Below, in pieces: positions 22,901 to 33,689 of a stretch of 64,000 nt of DNA (positions are counted from its first letter, which is position 1; each line of letters starts with the position of its first letter). Below the pieces are notes generated by a model, which worked only from the letters and a program-made list of their open reading frames with translations, was not told the DNA's origin and ran no database searches. Both the position numbers and the translations under genes were made by a program. The stretch is from positions 26,412,001-26,476,000 of the forward strand of contig OZ241826.1 in NCBI GenBank assembly GCA_965202585.1, given 5' to 3'. This DNA comes from Thalia democratica (taxonomy: Eukaryota).

Positions 22901-25900
22901 AAGAAATTATAAGTACATTTTTTATTGTAACACACCTTTCTCTTCTTCATCAATTCCTTGTGCCGATCAGCTTCGGCATTCATCTTTTCCCTGACGTCCT
23001 CATTGTATTTGGCAATCTTCGCCTTGAATTTTGAATTTTGTTAGAAATTTTATGCATAAACCATTTTAAATTTTGAAGTAATTATTTAGTTTGTTACTTT
23101 ACTTCTATTTAGAATAAAGTTTCTAACCACTAACATCGTTGTATTTATTTAAAATTACATTGCAATATTCACCTTATTCTTATGCCATATTCCCGTCATG
23201 ATAAAATTGCTAATGACTAACATAAGAATAGAATAACTTAATTACACCTAAATAAATTACAACCCTAACCTTGTTCTTGTGCCATTTTCCCTGCCCCCGA
23301 TGAGCCAACGTAGCCCTCTCTTTGGCTCTCGCTCTCATGTGTTCCTCTTCCTCGTCTTCCTGATCTTCCTCGTCGCTCCCTTGCAGCTCCTTCAGCTTCT
23401 GCTGCTCCTGTTGGTTTTTTTTTCAGAATCACTAAATTTTATAGCTTAGTGCAGTATGTGTATTTATGTATAACTAGCTTGAAGCTTCATCAATTTCTTA
23501 TGATTTTTTTTAAATGTTGGATCTTTACAATTTACTATCATTTTTTTAAATTACCATTAAAATTATTAAATCTGTAGTAATTACTTTAAATAAATTGTAT
23601 TTTTAAAATTATGTTTGCTCGGATATCTTTAATAAAACAATGGTTTTTTGTTCATAAAAATTTAAAACTTAATAACAGAATAAACAACTTTATTTTTCAA
23701 AATTTCGTTATAAAAAAATATTTTTCGACCATTAAACAACAAAATGACCTTTATATTGTTCCAATCAATCATTATAAAAAAGTTAAACTTGTTTATGAAA
23801 TTATATATTCGAACCTTCTCTTTCTTCTTCCTCTGCACCCTCCTGAAGTTCTTGCTCTTGATCTTCTTGGTCCTCTTGTACATCTGCTGCATCCTTCCCA
23901 TGAAGACCCTGTTCTTCTGCAGCTGCTTCAGCCTCTCTCTCGCTTCCTGCTCGGACATCCTCTCTAGCGCCTCCTTGTCCCTCAGTGTCAGTCCCCGCCA
24001 CCTTTAATTAGTTTAAAGTTGTCCGGTTTAAATAGATAACGAACATAAGATAGGTAAACATTGTTTTACATAAAAAACTATTAAAAAAAGGACTTAAAAT
24101 AAAATAAATTAAAAATTTGAATAGCCATGCACCTTGCTACCCATAACATACCTGTGTAGTTATTACAATAAATAATAAACCAAAATGCGCTACATACCTG
24201 CCATGGTCGATTTCCTTGTCTTTCGGACCGTAAGTTGCCATCAGTTGGGCTTCCAAATCGCAAACGGGCTTCCTGGCTGTTGTGACTGTGTATTGGAGTA
24301 AAAGTTATTAGACAACCAAGAAATACATACGTACAAGATAAGCTTTTGAGAAGTTGAAATTAGAGTTTTTTTTTTTTGAAATTCTAACAATTTTAGTTAC
24401 TGATAATATAGGTTCACATGATAAAGATATACTAAAATAAAAAAGTTTAAAATCAAAGTGCTATAGTTCGATTTTAAGCATATTGAATGACCAAATCTCA
24501 AAAAAATCATTGAAAATACCTTACTCTATTGCCTGCAAAGTTATTTGTGGAAAAAAACTGTTTAAACTACAAAAACCAGCATTAATTCAAGTTCCATAAA
24601 CTTATAAGACTCCCTAAAACCAAAACATTAAAAATAAAAATTCCATACGACTAAAACCCCACCTCTCGAGTTTGCCCCCATCTTTCCCAGGTAGTTGCTC
24701 CTTAGCGGCTTCTGTTTTGGCGGGAACATTATGTGGTCTTCCCGCCACATCAGCTGGGCGTGATCGTCCCACTTGGAAGCTTCCTTGTTGTTTTTGATGG
24801 CGAGCGCCTTCATCTGCATGCGCTTCGACTCCGGCTTGCTCGGTTCGGCCTGCAACGTTTTCTTGTTCTTTTCAAGCATCTCCATCTTTCTCTTCATTTG
24901 GTCGCCTGAAAATAAGAAAGTTAATTCTAAACTCAAGGTTTTTTATTTGTTAAAGGATGAAAAATTATATTCATCAAATTTTAAAAAGTAAATAGTAACT
25001 GAATTTCTTTAATATATTCGACTAAAACACTTAACACTGTTTTTGTTATTCATATAAGAGAATAACTTTTTAACTGAAACTTCTTTAACTTAATTACTTT
25101 ACAACTTTAAATGATTAAACTTTTGTAATTAATAGTGTTCTTAGATTAGGTTTTGTGTTTAGTCTAATTTACACTTATTTATCATTTACAGTCAAAAACT
25201 TGCTATATAAAAAAGCAATAAGATTAATTAAACAAACTAATCGAATTATTTTCTAAAATAGAAGAAAACATAGCTTAGTTAAAGTTTAGTTCTGAAAAGT
25301 TAGTATCGTTTAACAAACTATAAAATAATATTTGTTTTAACGTTCTTGAACTATGATAAACAAGTTTAAGGGCATAGGGTAGTGTCTGACGATTATTTTT
25401 ACTAAAAATAACATTAAATCTTATATGAAAGCCACATATGAAAGTACGTACTACAAGCCAGTTTTTATAGAATTAAAAAATCATATTTAACTTTTGATAT
25501 ATTGTAATCTTTGTATAAAGCTTCTGATAATATGTTTAGACCGCAATTTTTTGTATTCAATATTCTCAGAAATTTGAAAAACCACTAAAAATCTATCTTC
25601 TTCTTTATTTTTTGAGCTAGAGACATCAGACTTTCAGGAAACGATCATTTTATAGTTTAAAAGGCTTTAAATGTTGCAACTTTCAAAATATGAAAAAATA
25701 TAATTTTTAGAATAAAAAAAAAAATAAAAAAGTTTTTTTTTTTATGAAAATTTTATTTTTCAAAAAGCGGTTTTAGTTTGTGCTTTCCATCAGAAACTTA
25801 TTAACATCACCGACTTTGATTGCTTTTATATCAAAAATTACTTTGAGTTTATTAAAGCGATTAAAAATGACTGATAGCGCAGATAAAACTGTATAAAATA

Positions 25901-27077
25901 AAATCAACTTGTAAAAATCAAGGTGATCACCCCCTATGCCCTTAAATCTTAAGCACATAGTTTCAAAACATTCTATTTAAAATGTTTAATTAATTTAAAT
26001 TTATAAAATAGTATTTTATTTTTTCAATAAAGCAAGACTAAATTAAAGGAAACCAGAAAAACTCATTTGGTGATAACATTAAATTATTGAAAAAAATACC
26101 AAAATTTGGAATGAAGTAAGAACCAAGCTTCAAAAAACCTATACACAAAATTGAATTAAGGACATAGGGGGTTATTCACTATTTTCACAATTTAGTCTTA
26201 TTTTAAAGAGTTTTAAATAAGCTACAAAATGCTTTTTACAGATTTTTAAAGTTTAAAATAGTATTTGAGACATAGCAGGCCAAAGTCAGGGGCAACATTA
26301 GGTTCCTTATGGGGGGTGCAAACTATAACCGCAAAAACAGTTTTGTTTTTTATCATAAAATTTTTATTTTTTTAATTTCTTCAAATTTTCTTTTGACAAA
26401 ATTTTCTAAATATTGCAAGAACCATTTCCTAAAAATTTGAGGTAGTTATCTTAAAAAACGTAGAAGATGAATTTTTAGTGATTTCTAGTTATTTGTTGTT
26501 TTAGTTTGCGCCCCCCATAAGTAACCAATTGTTGCTTCTGACTTTGACCTGCTGTATCTCAAAGATTTTTCTGAGTTTTAAAAACATGTAAAAAGCAACT
26601 TGAAGCTTAGTTAAAACTCAATAAAATAAGACTAAATTGTGAAAAGGTGATTTATCACCCTATGCCCTTAAATATGAAAGAATTTTGCTTATTTATGTAA
26701 ATTAATGAAAACATGATAAGGATCTAAATATCTTAAAATTTATGAAAACATAAAAGTTAAATGTACATTTTAAATGTAATAAATTCTGAAATTCTATAAT
26801 ATTAGTAAAAAAGTTATGAAGACTACTACAACAAAAAAAGTAAGCAATGAAACAAATAAAAGTTTATATTGACAACAACATTTTATAAATTATCTGTTTG
26901 CATATATTTATGCAATCTATAATAACGAAAACTATTAGTATATAAACAATTAAATCGCCTACCTTTAACATTTCCCTCTTCAAATATGTCACCAAAAGCA
27001 GTGTCACTTTCATTTAACACCGGACCGTCAACCAAAGTCCTGCGTCTTTTGTTAGTGGCTTGCTTCTCTTCCTCCTC
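19988..27077 (-). CDS. UTP14: U3 snoRNA-associated protein 14 (SSU processome), copy A; first coding exon(s) not located
   Basis: Exons in transcription order: 27077-26963, 24905-24663, 24285-24198, 24001-23815, 23407-23270, 23022-22936, 22732-22591, 22332-22094, 21700-21586, 21354-21185, 20950-20861, 20545-20410, 20127-19988 (TGA). All GT-AG, phases consistent, no internal stops. Motifs match UTP14: SKWDDHAQLMWREDHIMFP, MSEQEARERLKQLQKNRVFM...KKIKSKNFRRV, ERATLAHRGQGKW, LIEEAFEEDDV...LDMPGFGTGWAG, PWEY...FERSLDYPVAKQYNT...KINRPKI. Confidence 0.93.
21884..22078. mobile_element. About 195-bp MITE/HINE-like insertion specific to UTP14 copy A
   Basis: Absent from the paralogous intron (50160-50200). 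Subterminal inverted repeats cgtcgaaaatccacccaa (21890-21907) and ttgggtgcattttgaacg (22038-22055); internal agggttaggg (21951-21960). Confidence 0.6.
23171..23196 (-). repeat. Intronic echo of the 3' end plus donor of UTP14 exon 23407-23270
   Basis: Minus strand gga ata tgg cat aag aat aag|GTGAAT versus exon gga aaa tgg cac aag aac aag|GTTAGG; a related copy is present in paralog B (51272-51296). Confidence 0.7.
25370..25941. mobile_element. Kolobok-like MITE with TTAA target duplication
   Basis: TTAA|GGGCATAGGG...CCCTATGCCC|TTAA with long degenerate internal inverted repeats; also at 53384-53955 and 63385-63955. Confidence 0.75.
26160..26667. mobile_element. Kolobok-like MITE with about 170-bp TIRs and TTAA target duplication
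   Basis: TTAA|GGACATAGGGGG...CACCCTATGCCC|TTAA. Arms align as inverted repeats (ttttcacaatttagtcttatttt; gcagg(c/t)caaagtcag; cttatgggggg(t/c)gcaaact). Duplicate at 54174-54681. Confidence 0.85.
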
Positions 27078-30000
27078 CTTTACAATTTAAAGAGTTTATT
27101 TTTTTTTTACCTTAGGGGCAAAGAATTACAAATTGTTATTTTGGTCAAAAATGGACTAACTTTTACATATTCTTATTCAGAATAAATGTTCATACAACTA
27201 AAACTAATAACACACTTTCTAATTGGCTACAAGCTTGTGAATAACTTAGAATCATAATCTATTCAAAGAATTTTAAACTGAAAGATTTCAGCCCTTTTCA
27301 AAAATAAACTTTGACTTGTGATAGAATAAAATAATTAATAAAAATCACTTACAAAAATTATTGTATGATCTTGGGTTCCTCACTCCTATATCTTAACTCG
27401 GTTTCAGAAGGAATTGCATTTTCAAAACTAGATGTTTTCTTCAGATCAGCCTTCTCATAATACCATATAGGCTTGCTCAGTTCATATAAGGTTTTTTGGT
27501 GATGAGATTTAGTTGATTTTAATATATTTTCTGTTAGAAGTTTAACAATATTGTTAATACTAAGCTTTTACTTGTGTTGGGTACCTTGATGAAATTTTTC
27601 TGTTTACTTAAATTAATTTGTACTTTAAGATATTCATATAAATAGTTGTATGGTTTGCATGCTTCAAAGACTTAATTTAGTAAAGATTAATTTAAGTAGT
27701 TATAAGCACTAAAGTTCATATATATGAAACATTTTAAATACAGTTCACAAGTAGTTAATGTTCATAACTTTCCAAAACTAGACTAAGTTCTAAGATACAA
27801 TTTAGTCTAGCAACATAAGAAGTTTTTACAGCAGTATTATATCAATACTTATTTAGTTAATTAAAACAAATAAAGACTTTAGAAAAATTTAAACTTATCA
27901 TTTTTGTGGCTTAAAACTGAACTTGAAATATCATAATGTAATGATGGTTTTGTTTGATATAAAATATGTTTCACTCAAATATAAGTAGTTATTTTTCACA
28001 GTCATACAAAAATATTTTGTTAATTGTGTCTTTATTTAGCATTCACTCACTATGAACAATATGGCTTTTTGTTTTCTACCTGCTTTAAAAAGTTGTTACA
28101 TCAATGACTACAAAAACTCAGTAGTTTTGGCAAACATGGCAAAACGATTCGAACTAAATTATTACTGAAATGAGTTTGAAAAAGTTAAATGTAACCTGAT
28201 GAAATTAAAGGCTTTAAGCTAAATATATTAAATCTTATACAAATTGTTAGGTGTTAAACATCTTAAAAACAAATAAAAAACAATTTCGTAAAGTTTAGAG
28301 TTAAATACTTAATTCATATACTTAAATAAAGTTGTCAATGTAATTTATATGAGCATAATGAATTACTGTAGCTTAAATATTAAACAATACGTTTAACCAA
28401 CTATCACTAATGCAGTAAAAAAGGTAGAAATAAAGTTATGTAAAGTACTTTATGTTCAAAAAAGCTAAAAACCACCCTGCTATGCTAACATAGTGTTTCA
28501 ACTTGTAGTTTTTGATAAATTCTGTAAATTCTTACATTTTATTGTGACATCACACTAAAATAGTATTTTAGAAAATAATTTTTTTCAATGAAAATTCTTT
28601 TGAGAAAAGCACTTGTAGTAGTAAGAGCTCTGGATGCTGTAGGTGTAAATTTTTACTTTTTTTTCTTTTTTTATGCTGTTTATGTGAGCTTTGTGGAATA
28701 CTTAAGCAAACTCTATTTGATTATCAATACTGTTGAAGATAAAACTTGATAATTGTTGCTCATTTTATCTTCTATAATTCTTATTTTTCTTCACTGAGTG
28801 AGTGTAAGTTTAAGACCTAGTTTGGGAATCAACAGTCTTGAAAGTTTATGTTGATAATCTGTATTGTTTTTCTTATGCAAAACCTTTGAAATGACTCTTT
28901 ACTTTATCTTCTAATTCATCATATAAAGCACTTTTATATTTACAAGCATGACATGTTAAGAATGCACTTACATCATGCTAAAAAAGATCATCAAGAGGCT
29001 TTGAAATTTTGCATCTCAGTTTTTTTAATCTTTGAAACACCATTGTAAAGTGAACTGGGTAGAAAAAAGCTCAAAAAAATCTTTTTGAAAGTCTTTTGAA
29101 CCTCAGTAAAGTTTTAAAACTTCTGAGCTTGTTTCAAATCCTTTGTCTTTATACGTTGTTACTGTGACTTTTTCCTACATGCAGAGTTCAGATCACACTT
29201 CTTTGGATTCTGATTGGATGATGAGTACCTACTACAGCAGCTGTTGAGGTTAGTTTGTTTAATAGTTAATTAGATTGTTTTAATTTGTGCAAAACTTAGT
29301 ATTTTTTGCTATTTCAAGCAGCCAGACTAGTTGAGTCTCTAACAAAATTAAATATTATAGGATATTATAATAAATCTTAAAAAATTATATTTTCTACTTG
29401 TTAATTGGTGAGTCCTTTTGTCACTTAAAAATTTTTTGAGTGCTCATCCTTGAGTAACATTAAGCTTTAGATGTTATTTAAGTTTTGCACAAATTCAGAC
29501 TAGCACTTTCTATTCATGGAGTTGTAAACTTGGCTTATACCATAAACATATATTTGTCGTGTTGGGCTTCATTCTCCTAAAATTGCTAGGTTACCTTAAA
29601 AGAAAACTTAAATAAGGGAATAAATAAAATCATTAAAAAGTAGCAGCACTTGTGTTAAATTTTACAAGCTTGTATAAAGAAGTGTTGCATTCATGAATGA
29701 AGCCCAAAGAGACAGCAAGCTAAGTGTAGAAGTTTATTTACAGCATAAAATTTAAATTCTGGTTGTATTAATGTAGTTTATGTGTTCATAGATTAATAAT
29801 TTGTAATAAAAAGTACTTTTCAAAGTGTGCATGAAACATGTTAGGCAAGAGTAATTATAAAACAAATTGTTATTATTAATAAAATTTTTTACGAAAGAAA
29901 ACAGTTGAACCATATGAGGATTAAGTTTGCTAGTAAAAAAAGTTCCAAAATTTTAAGCTTACATTCATATATTTACAAAGCAGTTCACAGCAAGCAAAAT

Positions 30001-30919
30001 TTAAAAGTTGTTAATTCATATGTGTATGAGGATTGTTCTTACCTTTGTTTAATTTTTCTATTCTTCTATCATTAACTTCTTTCTCTTCTTTTATCTATCA
30101 ACAACTTCTTTTGTTCATATGTTTGCACTAATAAGCTTTTGACAACAACTTGCTGTACTGTTTTTTATGTATATGACAAATGTAAAGACTAAATTTTGGA
30201 ACAATATAAATATTAGTTAAATGGTGTTAAATGCAGAGTATTTAAGATGCAAGCATTTGAAAAACTTTGAAAAGAACTACATATGTTATTGACACAAAGT
30301 AGTGTGGTTTAACTGTTTTAGTTTGTAACAATGTATTGAGATGATAAATTCAAAACATCAAGCTCCTTTAATTTCTATGCACACTTAAAGAAACACACAA
30401 TATTGAGACAAACTTAACTGTCATGGAAAACTTTAGCTTATGTAAGATGATGACAAGTAAAATGATATACTGTAACAGTATAGAATCGAAGTTAAACAAA
30501 TTTACAGTTATTACTCAAATTAAAAAACTTTAAACTGTTTAGTCTAATCTCAAGCATTTATCTAATATTGAAAAATTTAAGATTTATACTGTTTTGAAAA
30601 GGTTACTAATTAAAATCAATTTACATAAGCAAGTTAAGTGACTGTTGTTTAAATATACATAGGATACAGTTCAATCATATAAATAGATTTGTCAATGTAC
30701 ACATTTAGACTCATATTATTCTTTCTATTTTTATTTGGTACATTTTGTCATAAAAAAGTACACTTATCTATGATATTGATGAACTGTTTTCTATGTATTT
30801 GTAAAATATTAGGTAACTAAGTAGGATGATGTAATATCTGAAACTATATTCATTAAATTTAGGCTCTCTAAACCATAACCATTAAGTGTGTGGTTTTAAC
30901 AAAATAAATACATCTCTAA

Positions 30920-31600
30920 GGTACGCATTTTAAGGAGTACGCACTAGTTTTTTAATAGAACCTTTTCTGTTGCAACTATAGGTTTTCTTTAAAGAGTACG
31001 CACCACCCGCACAAGGTACGCGATAAATTTTACGGCCCGCCACCCATTTTTTCAATATGGGGAATCCCCCAAACCGAAAATCGATGGGAAATTTTTGATG
31101 AAGATTATTTAAAATAATTTTTTTAAGGCATTTCGCCGGCTCCGCGAAATTTTTCACATTTTTCCTTTTCCCTTTTTCTCCACGGCCTTTTTTCTTGAAG
31201 GCCACCTTTTTCTGTCAAATGGACCGTGAGTAGCGTAACTGCCAAACAAATGTACGTTTGTATATTTGTACGGTCTTTATCTGTTATCTTTTACTAACCT
31301 TGAGCTTATGTGATCTAACTTATCAGTGTATAACCATTAAAGGCCTGACGGTAATATCGGTTGATAGTTTTTTAGTTATTGACTGAGTGGTTTTATATTG
31401 GTGAGTTTGATTAGTAAGTTTATAGGTAGCGGACAAGAATTAAAAAAAAACAAAGGGCTACGGCCGGTCGATGACACGGTGCTTCGCACCTGTCATCTCC
31501 CCGGCCTGCCCTTAGTTTTTTTTTAATTCTTGTCCTTTAGGCCCGGCCACTATGCTGGTCGGCACCTCCTTGAGTTATGACTTGGATGTACGAGTAAATG
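30920..31600. promoter_or_regulatory. GC/CpG-rich island upstream of UTP14 (candidate promoter, or TE-derived)
   Basis: Abrupt rise in CpG after a 3.8-kb CpG-poor block; four GTACGC motifs; contains a 105-bp palindrome. Function not demonstrated. Confidence 0.3.
31431..31535. repeat. 105-bp near-perfect palindrome (hairpin/cruciform)
   Basis: ggacaagaattaaaaaaaaac-aaagggc-tac-ggccgg-tc-gatgaca-c-ggtgc TTC gcacc-tgtcatc-tcc-ccggcc-t-gcccttag-tttttttttaattcttgtcc; duplicated at 59445-59549. Confidence 0.85.
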
Positions 31601-32590
31601 TGCTAGTACTTCTAAGTCACAACTAAACTTTATTTTCACTAGAAGTTATTAGATAGAACAGACTAATTTTAGTATTTAAATTAATTAACAGATATAAATT
31701 AATATGAGCCACTTGTTTTCTGCAAACTATTTACGTCTTAATTTGTCCACACAAAATTAGGTAAATTTACAAATTATTTGCGTTAATCGTACAATAGTAA
31801 ATAAAATAATTTCTTCTTAATTTGTCCACATAAAGGTAGGAAATTTAAAAAATAATCTGCATCAATTATACGAACTTTTCTTTTTCAGCTATTTTTTCAC
31901 ATTAAGTCCTTAAATTTTATTTTTATTTTACCGTATTGTTACGTCATAATAAGTCTCTTTTTTTAATAATTTATTAGGGTTTTGCTTCTTATGTAATATG
32001 CACGCAAGTTATATTTATAAACTATCTTTTAAAGCAAATAACTTTCTAATAATGGATGAATAACATCAAGATTTACTAGTTTATTTTTATGTATAACTTC
32101 TTACTCATCCTTTAATTAGATCTAACAGACAAACTTTGTTTACTTGTACTTCAAACTTCCTAGATTCCGTTGATCAACCTTGTGTATATTCTAAAGTGTT
32201 AGTTCATTTAAACAACTTGCTTTAATTTTTTTTTTGTGTTTTCGTCTGTTGTAGTTGCCATGTTTCTTATTTATTGGTTGTTTATGATTGCAGGGATGCT
32301 TGCTACCACTTACATATGCATAATAAGCAATGAATAACATATTTTTTAATAAATTTCTTGTATTTAAGCATATATGGTAACCAACTAGTAATGTTTTATT
32401 GCCTGGTCTCGTTTGACTTAGTTCAAACGAGTGAAACATTATTTTATTAACAAAATTTATGATATTGAATTGATTGTTCTCCTTATTATTTAGTCAAAAA
32501 CTTTTATTGTGATCTATATTGTAAAAAGTTCACAATACTTTATTGATACTAATAACTACTTTTTATGTTTATTGTAAAATTTAGATCATG

Positions 32591-32880
32591 CCGGGTTGCC
32601 GAAAAACCTGGAACTTGTGAAATTTTGAAAAAACCTTGAATTTTAAACAATTTTTACATGTTAAGTAGTAAAATTTTGATTCGACGCGAACAATCTATCA
32701 AATGTATAAATACTTTTTGTCATCTATAATTATTTATTTTAAAATACATTTAAAGTAGCTTCACAGTAATGTTGTTTTACTGTTTAACACAGTTTTTTTA
32801 CGTTAAACTTAACTTTTAATTAAAAATAGACCAATAAACGTGTAATTTGAAAATCTAGAAGAAATCCTGTTGCAACCCTG
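32591..32880. mobile_element. Non-autonomous hAT-like MITE (CAGGGTTGC TIR)
   Basis: ccgggttgcc...tgcaaccctg; flanks atcatg/atcata; homologous to 3309-3699 and 7874-8163; duplicated at 60605-60894. Confidence 0.7.
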
Positions 32881-33689
32881 ATCATAAGTCTTGATTTGAT
32901 GAAATTAATTTTGATATTAAACAATCGTTATTGTTTGTTTTCCTACTATTTTAATTTGATAGAGCAGTGTTTCTTAATTAAACAGTTTTGTTCATATAAT
33001 TTTGTACACTCCCTTACTAAACTTAAGTTAAACAAATATTCAAACTAAAACCAACTCTTATGGTTTTATCATTGATTATCATCTTGTTGCGCTTGTTTTA
33101 ACTGTTATATCTATTGCATTAAAAAATATTTATTTCACTCGAAATTCAATGAGATAAAATGTCTATTTAAAGTTACCATCCCGTTTTAAAAAGTATAGTT
33201 TCACGGTCTGTACTACACTTAACCGTTATATACATGGTACCACAAAATCAGGAAAAAGTAGGGGTTTTTAAAAATGTCATGAAATTTGATATAAACATGC
33301 TGTTAATATGAAAGCTTATCATCACTATAAACTGCATTTTGAGAATGTTACTTCCAAAAAAAATTGCACTTCATTTTTTTTCAAGGTTTAGTTGAATTTT
33401 TGGAACAAATTAAAATCTTCTATGACCTCATGTGTGTATTTATTATGTGGTAAAGATACAAGTATTTTGCTTGTAGAGCTTTTTATTGCGTATACATTAA
33501 TAATATACATATGATTCAAATAGTGCAATGGAAAACTTATATGATTGAATCATAAACTGTTGTTAAAACTTATAAAAAACTAAGATTAAAAATTTCACAT
33601 AATTTCAAGTCATTGTTTATGTATTTTTGAATTAAATCCAAAAATCCGTAAATTTTTTTCAACTCGATATGTGACAACCTTGTATATGT

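Larger units (their letters stand above)
13960..24703. repeat. Old segmental duplication, unit 1 (last CUB intron/exon through UTP14)
   Basis: Alignable blocks: 13960-17200 with 40330-43330; 13960-14560 with 43965-44615; about 18950-24700 with 47280-52700. Non-coding identity roughly 70-85% by eye. Left breakpoint lies inside the last CUB intron. Confidence 0.9.

Noticed and set aside
5576-24991. Many ORF-track entries opposite or out of frame with real exons (for example 5576-5806, 13658-13999, 20018-20203, 21186-21416, 23611-23967, 24773-24991)
   Set aside because: Shadow ORFs produced by GC-rich, stop-poor exons.
25621-25656. Resemblance to the 5' end (box A'/A) of U3 snoRNA (gactttcagg...gatcattt.tatagt) inside a UTP14 intron
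   Set aside because: Lies in the middle of the TTAA MITE, has a 4-nt interruption, and no U3 3' domain (boxes B, C, D) follows; most likely coincidental.
20115-28202. Other CTGATGA hits (20115, 22733, 28196) as hammerhead cores
   Set aside because: None is followed by a stem II hairpin plus GAAA and an NUH site.
28588-29043. Idea that TAA/TAG are reassigned to Gln (ciliate-like code)
   Set aside because: The CUB gene and UTP14-B terminate at TAA exactly where the homologous proteins end, and none of the about 30 traced exons contains an in-frame TAA or TAG.
30930-31205. 91-aa ORF MAFKKKGRGEK... as the UTP14 first exon or a separate gene
   Set aside because: Non-ATG start, no homology recognised, no suitable phase-0 donor; its lysine richness comes from A-tracts.
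30875-31340. 11-bp direct repeat ataaccattaa (30875 and 31330) as a TSD
   Set aside because: No terminal inverted repeats inside it, and such a match is plausible by chance in AT-rich DNA.
32191-32439. 82-aa ORF (and duplicate 60205-60453)
   Set aside because: AT-rich, no recognisable domain; the second copy lies in the identical duplicate, so it is not independent evidence.
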